Of a stretch of 64,000 nucleotides of DNA, positions 1-12,968 are shown piece after piece (the stretch's first letter is position 1; each line of letters opens with the position of its first letter). This stretch comes from Moniliella sp. 'wahieum' (Eukaryota): contig RSEE01000008.1 in NCBI GenBank assembly GCA_003971905.1, positions 310,001 through 374,000 on the forward strand, read 5' to 3'. The position numbers and the translations under genes were made by a program. The notes below the pieces were generated by a model. That model was not told where the DNA came from. It saw only the letters and a program-made list of their open reading frames with translations, and ran no database searches.

Positions 1-754
1 CGCACCACCAAGCTCCAAGGGGCCAGTGTCTATCACTATAGTACTCCAGACAAGGTCCCTTTTTATACGGGTGTTTTGGCGCAGCGAAATGCCTGGAAGA
101 TGACTTTTTAGCTTGACTCGGGCCGCCTCAGGCTGCGATACTTTGATCAGAACTGAGTGTACTGAGGTACTAAGTGCTCGCTTATTAAGTTCATTCAGCC
201 CATATTGAGATCTGAGACCTGGCCTGCTCCCTTTCCCAGCCCAGATAAAGTTCAAACGAAACGCTGGAACCAGGTTTTCAAGTGCCCCGCCCCCCTCCGG
301 GCAAAAGGTTCTCCTGAACGCCTGATCGCTCGACCCTTCCTACCGCCATTGGTGCGCCCACCACTCCCAAGCACTAGGCTCGCACAATGCATATTGGATC
401 CACACATCTCCTGGTGTGTTCGCGGTGTCGATCCTGTCTACCCCGGGCCTCATCAACAATCTCTCGCAGCCTGCCAGTTCTACCTTCCCCCTCTGCAGCT
501 GACGAACTCTGGCCCGGTTGCTACGGAACCTACTAAGTGTGAGCTTGAGCGACGGGACGTCCCCCAAGTCCCTAGTTCTCTTCGTCAAGGTAGTCAGGTA
601 GTCAAAAGGTGGCCAAAAGGTGGTCCAAGCCGTAGTAACGGTAGTCACTAGTCACTCTTCGTCACGGGGAAATGCAGGGAAGGGGAAGGGGAAGAACGAA
701 GACGGGGGGCAGAAAGACTATAAAAGAGAGGCATTGAAGCTACAAACTGAATGA

Positions 755-3700
755 TCACGCCGCCGTCGGACGCAGTGTGCGCGTCCGCCCAGGCCCTGTA
801 GACCGACGCGTCCCACTTAGTCCGGGGGGACGGGCTGGGCCCTTGGCACCGACCGCGGTACCGGCACCGGCACCGGCACCTATAGTACCCCCGCCCGCGC
901 CCGCCCCGCACCGGCACCGGCCACAGCAGAAGCAGAAGCCGAGGCTGAGGCGGAAGACGCAATGGTCGTTGTGACCAACCCTTGCCTCCGTCCGGCCACG
1001 ATCCATGGATGGCGCATGGCCTGTTCGGGCTTCATCCGCCGGTCCGGGTCCCAAATCAAGCAGCGCGAAACAAAGTCGATGAACAAATCTTCTTGGGCCT
1101 GAGCTGCGGCAGCGCCACCAGTCGTGCCCGAGGAAGAGGATACGGCTGCGCCTGCTGGTTTACCGCGCCCACCACCCCGTAAAAGCTGGGTGAGCGTCTT
1201 GCTGCCTGGCCGACGACGACGGTTCTTGCTGTTCTTGACGGGGCGCGGGTGGCCCGTGGCGTCAAAGAAGAATTTCCGTCGGGCGGAACGTTCGATGAGG
1301 TACTTGTCAGGTACCCCTATCACCTCCATGATGCACGCCAGCTGTTCCTGCTCGTTCTCTCCTGGAAACAGAGGGTAGCCCGTGTAGAGTTCGGCGGCAA
1401 TACAGCCCACGCTCCACATGTCGATCGCAGTGTGGTACGCTAGGCCGAGAATGACCTCGGGGAGCGGTAGAAGCGGGATTGGATGTAGGTGTACACCCGT
1501 TCCGTCTCAAAACACGACGAACCAAAGTCGATGACCTTGATGGCCGACTTGGCGGGGTGGCAAAGAAGGATGTTTTCCGGCTTGAGGTCACAGTGGACAA
1601 CGCGGTGCTTGCGCAACAGACAGAGCGACGACAAGACTTGCACCGTCATCCGTCTGACCAGACGTAAACTTAGCCCTACATACCCGTTCGCCTTGATCAG
1701 CTCGTAGAGGTTGATGTTGAGCAGTTCGGTGGCAATGCACAAGTGCTCACGGAAGCAAAAGGATTGGGTCATGGTGATCACATGATGCTTTTCCTCAGCG
1801 TCCCATTGGGTCAAGTGCCGCAAAATATCCACCTCGGTGAGCGCCTGGTGTTGGAACCGGCGCTTGTTGCGAATCATCTTGATCGCGACCCACTTGCCCG
1901 TCTTGTGGTCCTTGCAGCGCAGCACCTGCCCAAACGAGCCTCGGCCCAGCAAATCCATCACCTCGTACCGATACGCCAGATGGTCCCGTGATACCGCCTT
2001 GTAATCCCCACGGTCATCATCGTAGCCATAGTTGTTCTCGGGCTGGTCGAGCGAGGGGGAAAACTTGGTGGCGTGTTGGCCACAATAGTAAAACGTCTCA
2101 TACTCTGCCATCTCACGTAGCTCAAATGTAGTGAGATGCGGGCCATACATCACCTCCGCTTGACGACGCGACAACGCACGGGCCGGCGGCACCGACGCTG
2201 GCGGTTCCAACATGGCCTCAATTTCTTCCTGTGACGCACCTGCTTTGCGCTTCTTGGCTTCCGCTCGACGCGCAAACCCAGCCATCTCTTCATCTCCAGC
2301 CCGCTCATCGTCCCATGTCTGCGGGTGCGGAGAGGTGGCGGAACTACGCACCGCGGTACGGCTGCTGTTCCCGCCCCTTGAGGTGCCGCGCACGGCGAGC
2401 GAGGGCCCAGACTGTCCTAGCGTCGATACTGGTGGTGCACGTTCGTGCGAGACGAGACCGGATGATGTGGAAGGGCCAGGAGGTATGTTGAGCGTCAAGG
2501 TGGCCCTCTTGCCTCCCGCGCCAGGCGCAGTAAATGTGGTTCCTGTTGCCGGCTTGCTTGCGTCTGCACCCTTCTTTTTGGGTTTGCTCTCTGGCAGCAA
2601 GGAGCGCAACAAGTCCATCTCAGAAGAAGACAAGTCCGATGACTGAAGGGCAGCGCGGGCGCGGCGCAGAGCCTCCTCCACCTCGGGTTCCGTCTGGGCG
2701 GCCGTGTAGGCTGAGATGATGTCCAATACGGGTGGCGGACTGGCGGCGCGATGGGCCGCTGGCACCGACTCCAACTCCGGCACTGGCTCGTCCAATTCCC
2801 TCTGTTCTGCTACACACGCAAGACGTGGCAGGTTGACTTCTTTCTCAGGGAGGGAAGAGGAACTCCCTTTTTTCGAAACATTGTGCAACGCATCGGCCGG
2901 TACGCCCGCAGCACGGAGGGCAGCAATGGCGCGTGGAATGCGCGAGGGCGCTGTATCCGTCGGATTGGGATTGGTCTCTGCTGGAATAGGTTGAGGGTTG
3001 TTAAACCTAAATAATCTGGAGGGGGATAGACGGCCCGGCTTGGGATTGGACAGGGCCGCATCATTCAACTTGGCCCCTAGACTTGAACCCGAATTGGTAT
3101 GACGCAACGTCCGGCGTATCTCGTCCTTGCCCGTGGGCGACTTGGAGGGAGTGCAAGGTGCCGGGGGCGCATCTAGTGGCGGGACGTTGATGGGCGGAAG
3201 CAGGGGAGTAGCCGTAGGCTTTCCGGCCGACATGCCTGGCATAGTCTACAGCAAAGTGTGAGTAAGTAGAGAGAACACCAAAAGCACCAGAGGCAGACAT
3301 ACCGTTGTCCGTCTTCTTGGTTGGTCCGCCCGCTTCACCGTCCTGGGGGCGATGTCTGTCTTCTCACCCTTGGATACCTGGGCCTGAGCGGCTTGGGGTG
3401 CCTGAGCAGAACGGCGGATGCCCGCTTGCGCCCTCCCCTCCCGTTGGGCTGATGATCTCCTGAGACCTGCCTCTGGAACGAGGGAAGCATCTCGCCAAAA
3501 CCCGTCTGTAGACGGCGCCGCGTCGCGGCCGTCTGAGCACTGGCAGTAGATTTCCCCGAGGCAAGGTTGATCGTGTTGCGCGGGCCGTTGATGAAGGGCA
3601 CCCGGCCCCCTCCTGGGCGCCGGAGGGGAGGAGGAGGAGGTTCATCCTGTGCTGCTTCCGGCACCACGTCCGGACTGGGATCCCCGCGAACCTTCTTTTC

Positions 3701-5563
3701 CTCCTGTGCCTCCTCAGCGCTATATTGGGCGCTTACTGTAGCAGTTTGGGGAGATGGGGGTGGTGAAGGGGAGGACTGGGAGGAGACTCGCCCGTCGGTT
3801 TGGGGAAGGTTGTGATTCCCATGAGCCTCAGGGATGGAACCCACCAGTCCAGGGAAGCCTGAGGCCGTAGCGCTAAAGCGAGAGGTGGCAGGGATCCTGC
3901 GAGCAGGTGTAACACGCGAGCCGCGCATGTTGGGTGGAGGGGAAAATGCACGCCCAGTATGGAAGCCCTTGGCTTCATGATTGGTTGTATGCCCGGGAAG
4001 ACGGGATGCGGGAGCTGCGGCGGCGAGGGCGCGTCGCGGTCGAACAACCGAATCGGAAGGTGCGGCAAGTTGTTGTGAGATCAAGGACGAGGCGGGCTCT
4101 GCTACAAGAGTAGATGCCACCCTGCTCACCCCATTGGTCACAGGAGCTGAGACGTGGCGCGCAGTCGAGAGACGGGGGCGAACCTTGTCCATCGGGGCGG
4201 CAGGGGGTTTATCTCGCGCCATCATTGTTGATACTGTACGACGGGCTCGAGGTGTTGAAGGTGTCGAGTTGGCCCCAGTTCCGGGCCCTGTCCCCTGTCC
4301 TAGACCAGTCTCGCTCGTGCTTGTCGTGCTAGCAGCTCGGGCAGCAGAGGCACGAGTCGAAGCGGCGTACCGAGCGACGGGAGCCTTACTCCTTGTTCTG
4401 ATCGGACGAGAGGCAGAGCTTTCCTCTTGCACCGCTGAGCTGGAAGCGAACGAATGACCGGGATGGCGGATTGGTGGTGCAGACTCGGTTGAGCTGTTTG
4501 CATCGTCCACCTGCAATGGATTGGGGGATGCAACACACTTGAGACGAGCTTGGCTTTTCCCTTGCCCTTGTCCTTGTTGGCCGGGTTGATGAGAGGTGGG
4601 CAAACGGGGAACGACTCGTCGCCGAGGAAACTCATGTCAGATGTGAGGGGGTCGGTTTCGAAGGATTCACCTGCGGGCTCTTCCGGAGGGAGGGGTACCC
4701 GCTCTTGCTTGGCCATTTCTGCATTGCGTACCTTTACACCGGGTACCTGCATGATCTCTTGCTCTTTCAGCTCTTGCTCTTCACATGACGAGCTGCGTTG
4801 CTCCAGCACCTTGAGCCCCTCATCTGAGTTCGAATAGGCCTCCTCTTCCTCGTCCTCTTCCTCGTCTTCTTCTTCCTCCTCTTCTTCCTCCTCTTCCTCC
4901 TCCTCATCCTGCTCCTCCTCATCCTGCTCCTCCTCATCCTGCTCCTCCTCATCCTGCTCCCCATCCTGCTCCTCCTCATCCTGCTGCTCCTGCTGCTCCT
5001 CATCTTCCTCTGCCTCGTCATCGGAGCAGGTATGGGAGGAGTAGAGGTGCTGGTGAGGCGGGAAGGAGACTTGGTGTGGATCGTCCTCGCTGGAGGCATC
5101 GGATCCGGCTTCGCTCAGGGCAGGGAAAGCGGGACGGAGTGCGTCGTGGCTTGTGCCGTGGTGGGCATCGCAGAGCAGGGGGAAGCGGTTGGACAGGTGG
5201 CTGGGTGTGTCGCGGGGCACGGGGAGCGTGGCGGCGGCGGAAATGGAGCGGTCAAGGTGGTTGAGGGAGACGGAGAGGAGCGTGTCGTCGGGTCGCGCCT
5301 CCTCCTCCTCCTCCTGCTCTGCACCGGGTGTGCGCTGGCGTGGTTGTGCATGGGTGAGGAGGAGGAGGCGGAGGAGGAGGCGGAGGCCGAGGGGCGGGAG
5401 CGGGGCGGGCGGGGGCGGGGCGCTGGAGCGAGCGGCGGCCAAGGGCGGGCGGGAGAGGCGGGTCGGCAGGCGGAGAGGAGGCGGTGGGGACGGCGGCGGG
5501 GAGGGCGGAGGAGGAGTGGGGGCGGACGGGGGCGGGCATGCTGGCGCGTGTGCTGCGGCGCAT
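755..5563 (-). CDS. DYRK-family (Pom1/DYRK2-like) dual-specificity protein kinase with long low-complexity N-terminus; spliced and frameshifted in this assembly, ends approximate
   Basis: ORF 1440..3242 has the DH box YGYDDDRGDY, GRGSFGQV, VAIK, HCDLKPEN, DFG and YTYIQSRFYRSP. Restoring one C near 1460 gives SPEVILGLAYHTAIDMWSVG, continuing in ORF 880..1419. Intron 3246..3302 (GTATG..TAG). Upstream ORFs 3335..4603, 4300..5442 and 5252..5563 are assigned to the N-terminus by inference. Confidence 0.9.
4841..5010 (-). repeat. Coding acidic tandem repeat (DEEEQ units, 15-bp period, plus poly-Glu) in the kinase N-terminus
   Basis: ctcctcatcctgctc repeated in tandem; translates to EQDEEEQDEEEQDEEE... 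Confidence 0.85.
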
Positions 5564-6239
5564 GGGGGGGTGGGGGGAGGCCTGCGGGCGCAGCAGGCGG
5601 GCGGCTGAGGGACGACGCGTGCCGAGATGCGCGAGCGCGGTGAGGAGGGGGCGTGCGATGCGTGCAGTGCCGAATGCGCCGGGGATCAGCGTCGGAGGGA
5701 GGCGCGGTCGGTTAGGTCGGCGGGGGGCCGGCAGGCGTTGCTAGTTACCAGCTACTAGTACGCGCTACTCGCAGCAGTCGGAGCAGACATGTAGGGGCTT
5801 ATGCGGACGGGTGCTGAGTAGTGCCGACGCGTGACGCGCTGACGCACCAATGCTACGGCTGAGAGCGGCGATCGCGGATCAACGCATCCACTTGAACGTT
5901 CAACTGCCCAGCGCCTGCCCTGTGTCTTTGCCGGCGCAGTCCACAGCACGCTGGCCCAGCGCCCCGCCAACCCTGCTGCAGACGCCAGCGATCGAGCGCC
6001 GATGCTCGATGCCCCGATTCGATAGCATCGTCACACACCCGCCCTCCATCCGGCCCGCACCGCGCCAGCCTTGCCGCCCCCTCTCCATCGTCGACGCCCA
6101 CACCCAGTATAACCTCGCACATTCCATACCACAGCATCGCATAGCATCGCATTTCCGGCCATTCAATAGTACCAGTACCATTAGGACACACAAACAGGAG
6201 CCCCCGCAGCAGCGTCCCTCACCGTCCCAGCCCCCCCCC

Positions 6240-7502
6240 TCATTCCGTCGAGTTGCGCAGCGGGCTGGGCGCATGCGTCGCGTGCAGCGGCGGCGTCACC
6301 CTCTCCGCGTCCTTGGCGCTGCCCGTGCTGGGAGCGGCAGCCGAATTGGAATGACTCGACGGGGTGCTGGCACTGCTGGCACTGCTTTTGGCTGCCTCGC
6401 CCCGCGCCAGTTCCAGCTTGCGCAACTTGGCTTCCAGCCCCGGCATCTTGCCCGCCTCGCGTAGCGTCTCCTGGGAGCGGTACGGTTGCGACGCATTGTA
6501 CGGCACCTCGGTAAACAACACCGACACCGACTCGCCATAATGCGAACGCCGAATCGTCTCGGCCAGCACGTGCGAAATATCAATCTCCTCCAACTTGGCA
6601 CACGCCAGCATGTTGCGCGTCTGCGGCAGCGTGTTGGTCACAATCAGTTTTTCCAACGACGAGTTGCTGATCCGTTCCAGCGCCGGGGCCGAAAGGATGC
6701 CATGAGTGACCAACGCCAGCACCCGCTTCGCGCCATTCTCCGTCAACTTGCGCGCGGCCAGGTCGAGCGTGCCACATGTATCCGCCATATCGTCCACCAG
6801 CACCGCCACCTTGCCCCGCACATCCCCCACCAGCACCATGCGCGACACCTCGTTGGCCCGCTTGCGCTCCTTGTGGAACAGGGCAAAATCTACATTCAGC
6901 CGGTCGGCAATCGACGTTGCCCGTTTCGCGCCTCCGGCATCCGGCGAGACAATCACCACCTCGTCCAAATCCTCCATCTCGCGAATGTACTGCAGCGTAG
7001 CGGGCTCGGCGTACAGATTGTCAACCGGCACATCAAAGAAGCCTTGGATTTGCGATGCGTGCAGGTCCATCGTGATCACATGATCACATCCTGCTTTTTC
7101 TAGCATGTTGGCAACCAGTTTGGCCGTGATGGGCGCACGCGACTTGTCCTTCTTGTCTTGACGCGCATAGTAAAAGTGTGGGATGACCGCCGTCACGCGC
7201 TTGGCCGAAGCCACCTTGCACGCATGAATCAGAATCAGCGTCTCCATCAACGACGTGTTGGGCGACGTGAACGGCTTGCCCACCGTCGTTGGCGATGCGG
7301 TGGGGGTGACACAGGACGTGTTGATGATGTACACATCGTACTCCCGCACACTTTCCATGACACGGATCACCGACTCGCCAGCCTCATTGCGACCAACCAG
7401 CGCCTTGCCCAACGGAAGACCCAGCCGACGGGCAATCTGCGAGGCCAGCTCGGGGTGAGAGGTGCCGGCAAAGATTTTGATGCCACCCGGCGTGTTCTCC
7501 AT
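6240..7502 (-). CDS. PRS: Ribose-phosphate pyrophosphokinase (PRPP synthetase)
   Basis: Intact 420-aa ORF with [47 protein letters not shown] and [10 protein letters not shown]. Confidence 0.97.
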   Translation of the reverse strand: MENTPGGIKIFAGTSHPELASQIARRLGLPLGKALVGRNEAGESVIRVMESVREYDVYIINTSCVTPTASPTTVGKPFTSPNTSLMETLILIHACKVASAKRVTAVIPHFYYARQDKKDKSRAPITAKLVANMLEKAGCDHVITMDLHASQIQGFFDVPVDNLYAEPATLQYIREMEDLDEVVIVSPDAGGAKRATSIADRLNVDFALFHKERKRANEVSRMVLVGDVRGKVAVLVDDMADTCGTLDLAARKLTENGAKRVLALVTHGILSAPALERISNSSLEKLIVTNTLPQTRNMLACAKLEEIDISHVLAETIRRSHYGESVSVLFTEVPYNASQPYRSQETLREAGKMPGLEAKLRKLELARGEAAKSSASSASTPSSHSNSAAAPSTGSAKDAERVTPPLHATHAPSPLRNSTE

Positions 7503-7954
7503 CGTGAATGAGGATCAGAAAACAACGGGGACCAAAAGGGGAAAAGGGCGGACTAGGTCCAATGTTCTGGTCTAGGGTGTTGGGGGCGTGGCGATGACAG
7601 CGGAAGGTGTGGCGTTTGCTGCGACTGCGGCTGCTGCTGCTGCTGCTGCTGCAAGCAGGCGCGGTGGATGTGGGGGTGAAGAGCGGTCGAAACTGGCGGC
7701 CCTTTTCCGAAAAAAAGTGGTGGCTGCTGCCGGTCCCGGCCGGTCCCGGCGGGTTCAGGGTTGCATGTTGCACCGATGGAAATCAAATTGGGAGGAAGCG
7801 TGCTGGTTGCAATTTCAACCCCGCTGGGGTTGGGCGCCACCAGTTGTCGCCTCGTGGTATTGCCGTGACGCGTGATGCTGCGTTTGGAAGACATTTTTCC
7901 TCCCACCACCTGGGGCAAAACGGGGAATAGGGAGGTTCGAGGGACCAAAAATGA

Positions 7955-8050
7955 TGCTTCAAAGGGGAATCGAACCCCTGTCACATCGACGTCTTGCTGG
8001 ACTTGCATCGGTGCTGGCAACGATGTAGTATACCACTAACCCATTGAAGC
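7955..8050 (-). tRNA. tRNA-Gly(GCC) with a 25-nt canonical intron (7990..8014)
   Basis: Reverse complement folds as a cloverleaf: acceptor GCTTCAA/TTGAAGC-A, D-loop AGTGGT, anticodon stem CATCG/CGATG with TT-GCC-A, T-arm AGGGG-TTCGATT-CCCCT. Mature length 71 nt. TTTTT Pol III terminator just downstream (7947..7951). Confidence 0.95.
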
Positions 8051-8403
8051 GGATGATACTGACATTTGATCAACATTTAACACCGCCCTAAACCATGTCG
8101 ACCCTTTTGCGTCTACACTCACTCTCTTCCTCGTACTCGCCTGCGCCTGACGCTTACCACTCTCAAACGCTGCGCCTGCATCAAGCCACAGGAAACCTAC
8201 TGCTGAATTCATAGCATTGGCAGAATTGGAGACAGACAAGGACAAAGAAACGCTGTGCCCACCAGGCTCAGCCATTGAGGCAGAACGACGTAGTGGGTTA
8301 TTGCATATACGTGTCAATCTGGGCGCCCTGGGTCCCCTCCGCCATTAACACCCTCATCAGTGGGGCCAGACCAACAACGTGCCAAAACAGAAGATCCGTA
8401 AGA

Positions 8404-9397
8404 TCACAGAAGCGTACCGAGTCCCATCGCCTTGAGCGAGTGAAGGTAGTACGCTTCCAAGCCCTGGTCGGTAGCCTCCTCGTCGCCCACGGGTACGCCC
8501 GTGAGGGAAAGCGTAAGCGTAGTGGACCCAGGCCCTTCCTCCAGTGTGGTGGTCAGTTCACCCGTATGCCCAGCAGGCCAGGTGGACAGGCGCCAGCTCT
8601 GCTTGAGTTCCGTAGGCCGCTTCGAAGACAAGGTGTGGCCAGTCACGTTGCCCCCAAACAGGGAGAAGGCTCCACCTGGCACCAAGTTGACCTGCGCCGG
8701 TGCCTTGGTCCACATCGGAATCTTTTGAGGGTTGGTCAGCAGCTCCCACAGATCGTCCGCGCTGATCATCAGGTTGGTAGTGTGGGTGAGCGTCTTGGGC
8801 GATGTGCTGGTCGTCGTCTTCTTGGCCGCAGCGGAGGCTGGGGCGGACGAAGGTTGCGCCGCCGGGGCGGCAGCGGGGGTCGAAGAAGCAGTACCAGTGG
8901 CCGCAGATTCGGCCCCGGCCCCGGCCCCGGCAGCGTCGTGACCCAAGATGGCCGCGTGGGAAGCAATGAGCTCTTCACGGAAGGCATGCAACTTGGGCAA
9001 AAGCTTGGGAACGAGTTGCTTGCGCACGGCATCGTAGATCTTTTGGCTGTCGTTGCCCGCCTCCGAGGTGGTCATTTCCGATTGCCACGTGTACTCGTCG
9101 CCCTCGTCTTCCACTTCGTGGCTGACCTCGGGGAAGGTAAGGGTACCCTTGGTCGTACCCGCCGTATCCTGCCAGGTGAGGGTGATGGAGGTGTCGTAAA
9201 TGGTGATGAGTTTTCCCTTGCGGTTGCCCAGCTCAACGTCGCCATCAAAGGCAGTGACAGCCGTTGTCGACACCTCTCTCTTCCCCGACTGGAGAAGGGA
9301 TGGACACGCCGACGAGCGATGACTCAAAGTACGTCTTGGCCCAGGGCGTGCAGCCGTGGGAGCGCCAATGGTAGAACTTGTTCCACTGCTGCGACAT
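8404..9397 (-). CDS. AHA1: Hsp90 ATPase activator Aha1 (frameshift near 9280)
   Basis: ATG at 9397 gives MSQQWNKFYHWRSHGCTPWAK (Aha1 N-terminal N..WHW-like motif). ORF 8404..9480 has DGDVELGNRKGKLI and a C-terminal AHSA1 domain (FSLFGGNVTG, QSWRLSTWP). Confidence 0.9.
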
Positions 9398-9523
9398 GGT
9401 GTGGTCCCTGGTCCCTCCAACAAGCGGGGTGGTGGTCTGGTCGGGGCGGGCTTATTTAAGTCGTAGGGGGCGGACGGCATGACGAGAAGCCCGTCATCGA
9501 TCTCCCCTTGGTCTTCTGCGCCA

Positions 9524-9531
9524 TTCTAGAA
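9524..9531. promoter_or_regulatory. Possible minimal heat-shock element (TTCnnGAA) upstream of AHA1
   Basis: TTCTAGAA about 130 bp upstream of the AHA1 start; only two inverted nGAAn units. Confidence 0.3.
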
Positions 9532-10135
9532 ACCGAGCCGGGCAGAAGGCCGGAGAGGACAGAGTGCTAGGGTTAACCAACCCTAGTGTTGCTGAACCAC
9601 TGCGTCCCACTCACAGCCTTTAGAATTGTTTCAACTTTCAACCGTCGTACGTGGGAGGAACACTCGTGGAAACCACCGTGGGGCCTTGGCAGCCCTCAGC
9701 GCCTTAGCTCCATATTCCGCACTCCGTCCTCAAGATCATGTTGATCATAAGCCCCACCATCCACTCGCTCTCTTGCTCGCCAACATCTTTGAGGGCAACA
9801 GAGTTTTCATTTTTGGGCGTCACTGCGAGAGAGCAGGACCAAGCCATGAATACCAAACGACGCAGCAGATGAACAAAACACCAACTTGGCTCATTAGCTA
9901 GAAGCAAGACGTGCGCACTGCAGCCCACTGTATCAATGGGCCGTCTCCGTTCCACCATTCACAGTACCACTCTCCCCTCGAGGCAGAAAACGGTACCATA
10001 CAAGAACGTCGTATACGTACGTAGCCACTTGGGCCAGGGCAACTTGCGGTTTGACAAACAAGGTAACAGGATAATCCAGGCCAGGAAATATGGGTTAGGG
10101 CAGATGGGACAGGAATCGCCGAGGACAGAGGCGAT

Positions 10136-10559
10136 TTAACGCTTGGCTTGCAACGCAGCTTCTGCACGGCGCATCATACAGGTAAGGTGGTCAGTAGTCA
10201 GTACAATGACCAAAGCAGCTAGCTGAGATCAACAGCGTACCTCGCCGTGTGGCGTCCTCAGGAGAGCAGTGTCTACAGCTTCCGGAGGGATATGAACGTA
10301 GCGCACGACCGAGGAGCGAACGAAGACGGAGGTGACGGCCGCCATGTGCGGATGGGCCGCCTCGTTGAGGACAGAAATGTTGTCCAGCTTGAAGTTGAGG
10401 AACTGGTCGACGCTCTTGAGCGTGCCCCGGATGGCCAGGTCGTTCTTGAGCTCAATGGTGACTGTCTGGTCGGTGAGGGTCTTGAAGGCGGAGAAGATCA
10501 ACTGCAAGGCAGCGCAAACAGTCAGTCAGAGGCGGCGAGATTGCGTGAATGCGTACCAT
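10136..10559 (-). CDS. LSM2: U6 snRNA-associated Sm-like protein LSm2 (3 exons)
   Basis: ATG|GTACGC intron (10502..10556), then LIFSAFKTL..VTIELKNDLAIRGTLKSVDQFLNFKL..HPHM. One missing base near 10260 (DATRRE). Second intron, then a last exon ending TAA at 10136. Confidence 0.92.
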
Positions 10560-10847
10560 GGAGGGCGGCGCGCTGGGTCCACACGCGTGGACGGCTGGGG
10601 AGGGGGGGAGCTGCTCCGCAGAGGAGGTGGCTGCGGCAGCGATCGATGATCATTGGGGGCGGAATGATTAATGGCGCTGGGCAAATTCCGGGTGAGCGGG
10701 GGAGGCCTGACACTGCGGCGCGTTGATTGATGGAGCAGGGCCGGTCCAGTCCAATGTCCAAAAAACGGCAACGCCGTTGAAGCGCGTCCCGCAGCGCTCT
10801 CCTCTCGCGGGTTAGCGTCACCTGGAATCCCGCCAAGGTGTTATGCT

Positions 10848-12772
10848 ATGGCCAGAGGCACCAATGCCAACGGCGAGCGACGCGCCGAACTGGCAGCTCA
10901 GTACTTGACCCTGACCGCCGCGCTCGCCACGAACCGCGCGGCGCAAGCGGCAGCCACCGCGCGCCTGGACGCGCTGCACGCTGCTGGCACCCAGCTCAAT
11001 ACGTTGGCCGTGCGTCTTGACCAAGCTGAAGCGTTCCCAGAGGAGGATAGCCAGCTCGTCGTCGCACCAATTACCGTCCCGATCGATGTCCACAACCCCT
11101 TTGGGCCTGACCACCAACTCACACAGCTCGATCCTCCCCGCGCTCGCCTGCGCCAGATTGCGTCGGCAGCAGGACGTGTGCAGGTACTGGGTGTGCTCGA
11201 GATCCAGCGCTTGCGCTCGGCCGTGATCGGTGCCGCAACCGAATACATTGCTGCCGCTACAGCCACCTCGGGAAGCATATCCTGGCTCGCCGAGTTGGCG
11301 CAGGAGCTTCTTTCGACACCGCTGCCGCCGCTACAGGAGCTCGCTCAACGGTCCCCTCCCAATTTGGTTCAGGAGGCAACAGAGTTGCCTGACGAGATCA
11401 AACTGTTACTCGCTCTCCCCATGCCTTCGTCTTTGCCCTGCATCAAACTCCCCCTTCCCCTACTTCTTCTCCTTTCGTCTCCCAATTCAGCGAGGCCAGG
11501 GACGATGGCGGGAGCTCGGACGAAGATGACCTCGGCCCAGATGAGGTTGACTTGCTCAACTGGGCCTCCATCGCGAGCCGGGTCCGCACCATTTCCCCTC
11601 CTGAAACATGCAGGACGCAGTGGCTGATTCATTCCCGCCCTGCCTTGATCCCTAGCTTGGTTCCTAGCAGACCAACGGGCGAAATTTCGCGTCGTCTGCC
11701 TCCTGGCGCGGCCAGGAAGTTGTCGGAATGGCAGACGAGGTGGGTGACTCGCTCGCCTTGTCCTGCTCCCTGGTCAACGGGGGAAAAGGAAGCTCTTGTT
11801 TCTCGTTTGAAAGATCAACGCTGTCCACAAGGGATCGAGGCCTGGACTCAATTGGCGGGGGAGTTGTACCCCGAAGGGGATCGATCTCCTGCGGAGATCT
11901 TGTCCCAATACCGTATGCTTACTACGCCCAATCCCGTCGCCGTCTCACAAGCTGATACGTCTGCCTCTTTCACTTCACAATCCATCGGGACGGACGAGGA
12001 TTGGGACAGGCAAGCGTTTGCTCCTTGGCTTCCTTCGGGGGAATTGGAGGATTGTTCAACAACCGAACCAGAGCAAGCTGAGGTACGCGATCTTGTCCAG
12101 CTATGGGCCTCGGTGGGGATTCTTTTATGAACTTGAAGCAGCCGCCGCGAGGAAACAGCACCGGGTGGTCTGGCTTCAGAAGAAGGCCGACGTCGAGCCA
12201 AGGAGGCGCGCTTACCTGCTTCTATGGCCTACAATTATTACACCTCATCCTCCAGCTGGACAGAGAAGGAGGACCAAGTGCTAGGGAGTTGGTTGGGCTC
12301 TTACACCACTGCTGAATCTGGTCAAGATAATGGCCGAGACGGTAATCTTCGATTCCAGCCACCACAGACGACAGTACCGGCCCACCTGAGCGACCAGCCG
12401 CCTTGGAAGTCACCCCATTGAACACGGAGGCATCCATCGCTGCGGTCGACGCGTTGCCTTGGCTCGTGGTCCGACGCGCACTTCCAGGAAGAACGTTGCG
12501 ACAATGCCGCCGGCGGTGGGCACAACTCACTTTTCGTCCTACTTCTCCTACTGATCCTTCTACCTCTTCACGGGGGCGGCGTGACCCGTGGGCGCCCGCG
12601 CGGACGTCCACGTGGGTCTCGTTCCCGTGCAGCTGCCCGGCCAAGATCAAGCACGCCCACGATGCCCGCTCCGCCGAACGATACCGAGGTTACCAGGGGC
12701 ACGGGGCGAGGACGAGGCCGTCCCCGAGGCCGTCCTCGAGGGTCAGGACGGGGCACGAAGAGAGGGAAGTAA
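10848..12772 (+). CDS. Hypothetical Myb/SANT-repeat protein with C-terminal AT-hook-like motifs (multiple frameshifts)
   Basis: Consecutive + ORFs carry PWSTGEKEAL, SWTEKEDQVL, W...LPGRTLRQCRRRW and RGRGRPRGRPRG. Confidence 0.55.
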
Positions 12773-12968
12773 ATCCCCATCATTATCCTATTCGTGATCC
12801 AGCACCAATATGCTGGTCTATACCCTGTTTGCTTTTGTGTGCGACCCCTTGGGGTGCAGCGCTGGTTCATGCTTCAAGTTCGAGAGGGTATATTTTGTAT
12901 GAATGAGGGCCATGTACTTGCCGAGCGATTGGATGTGCGATTGGATGAGGTCTTAGCTCGCCCTCCGA

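Noticed and set aside
80..92. CGCAGCGAAATGC, matching 5.8S rRNA
   Set aside because: Only about 13 nt; the flanks do not match rRNA.
8275..9459. Long antisense ORFs (also 18578..19540, 22641..23642, 29342..30229, 47768..48727)
   Set aside because: Shadow ORFs opposite recognisable genes in GC-rich DNA.
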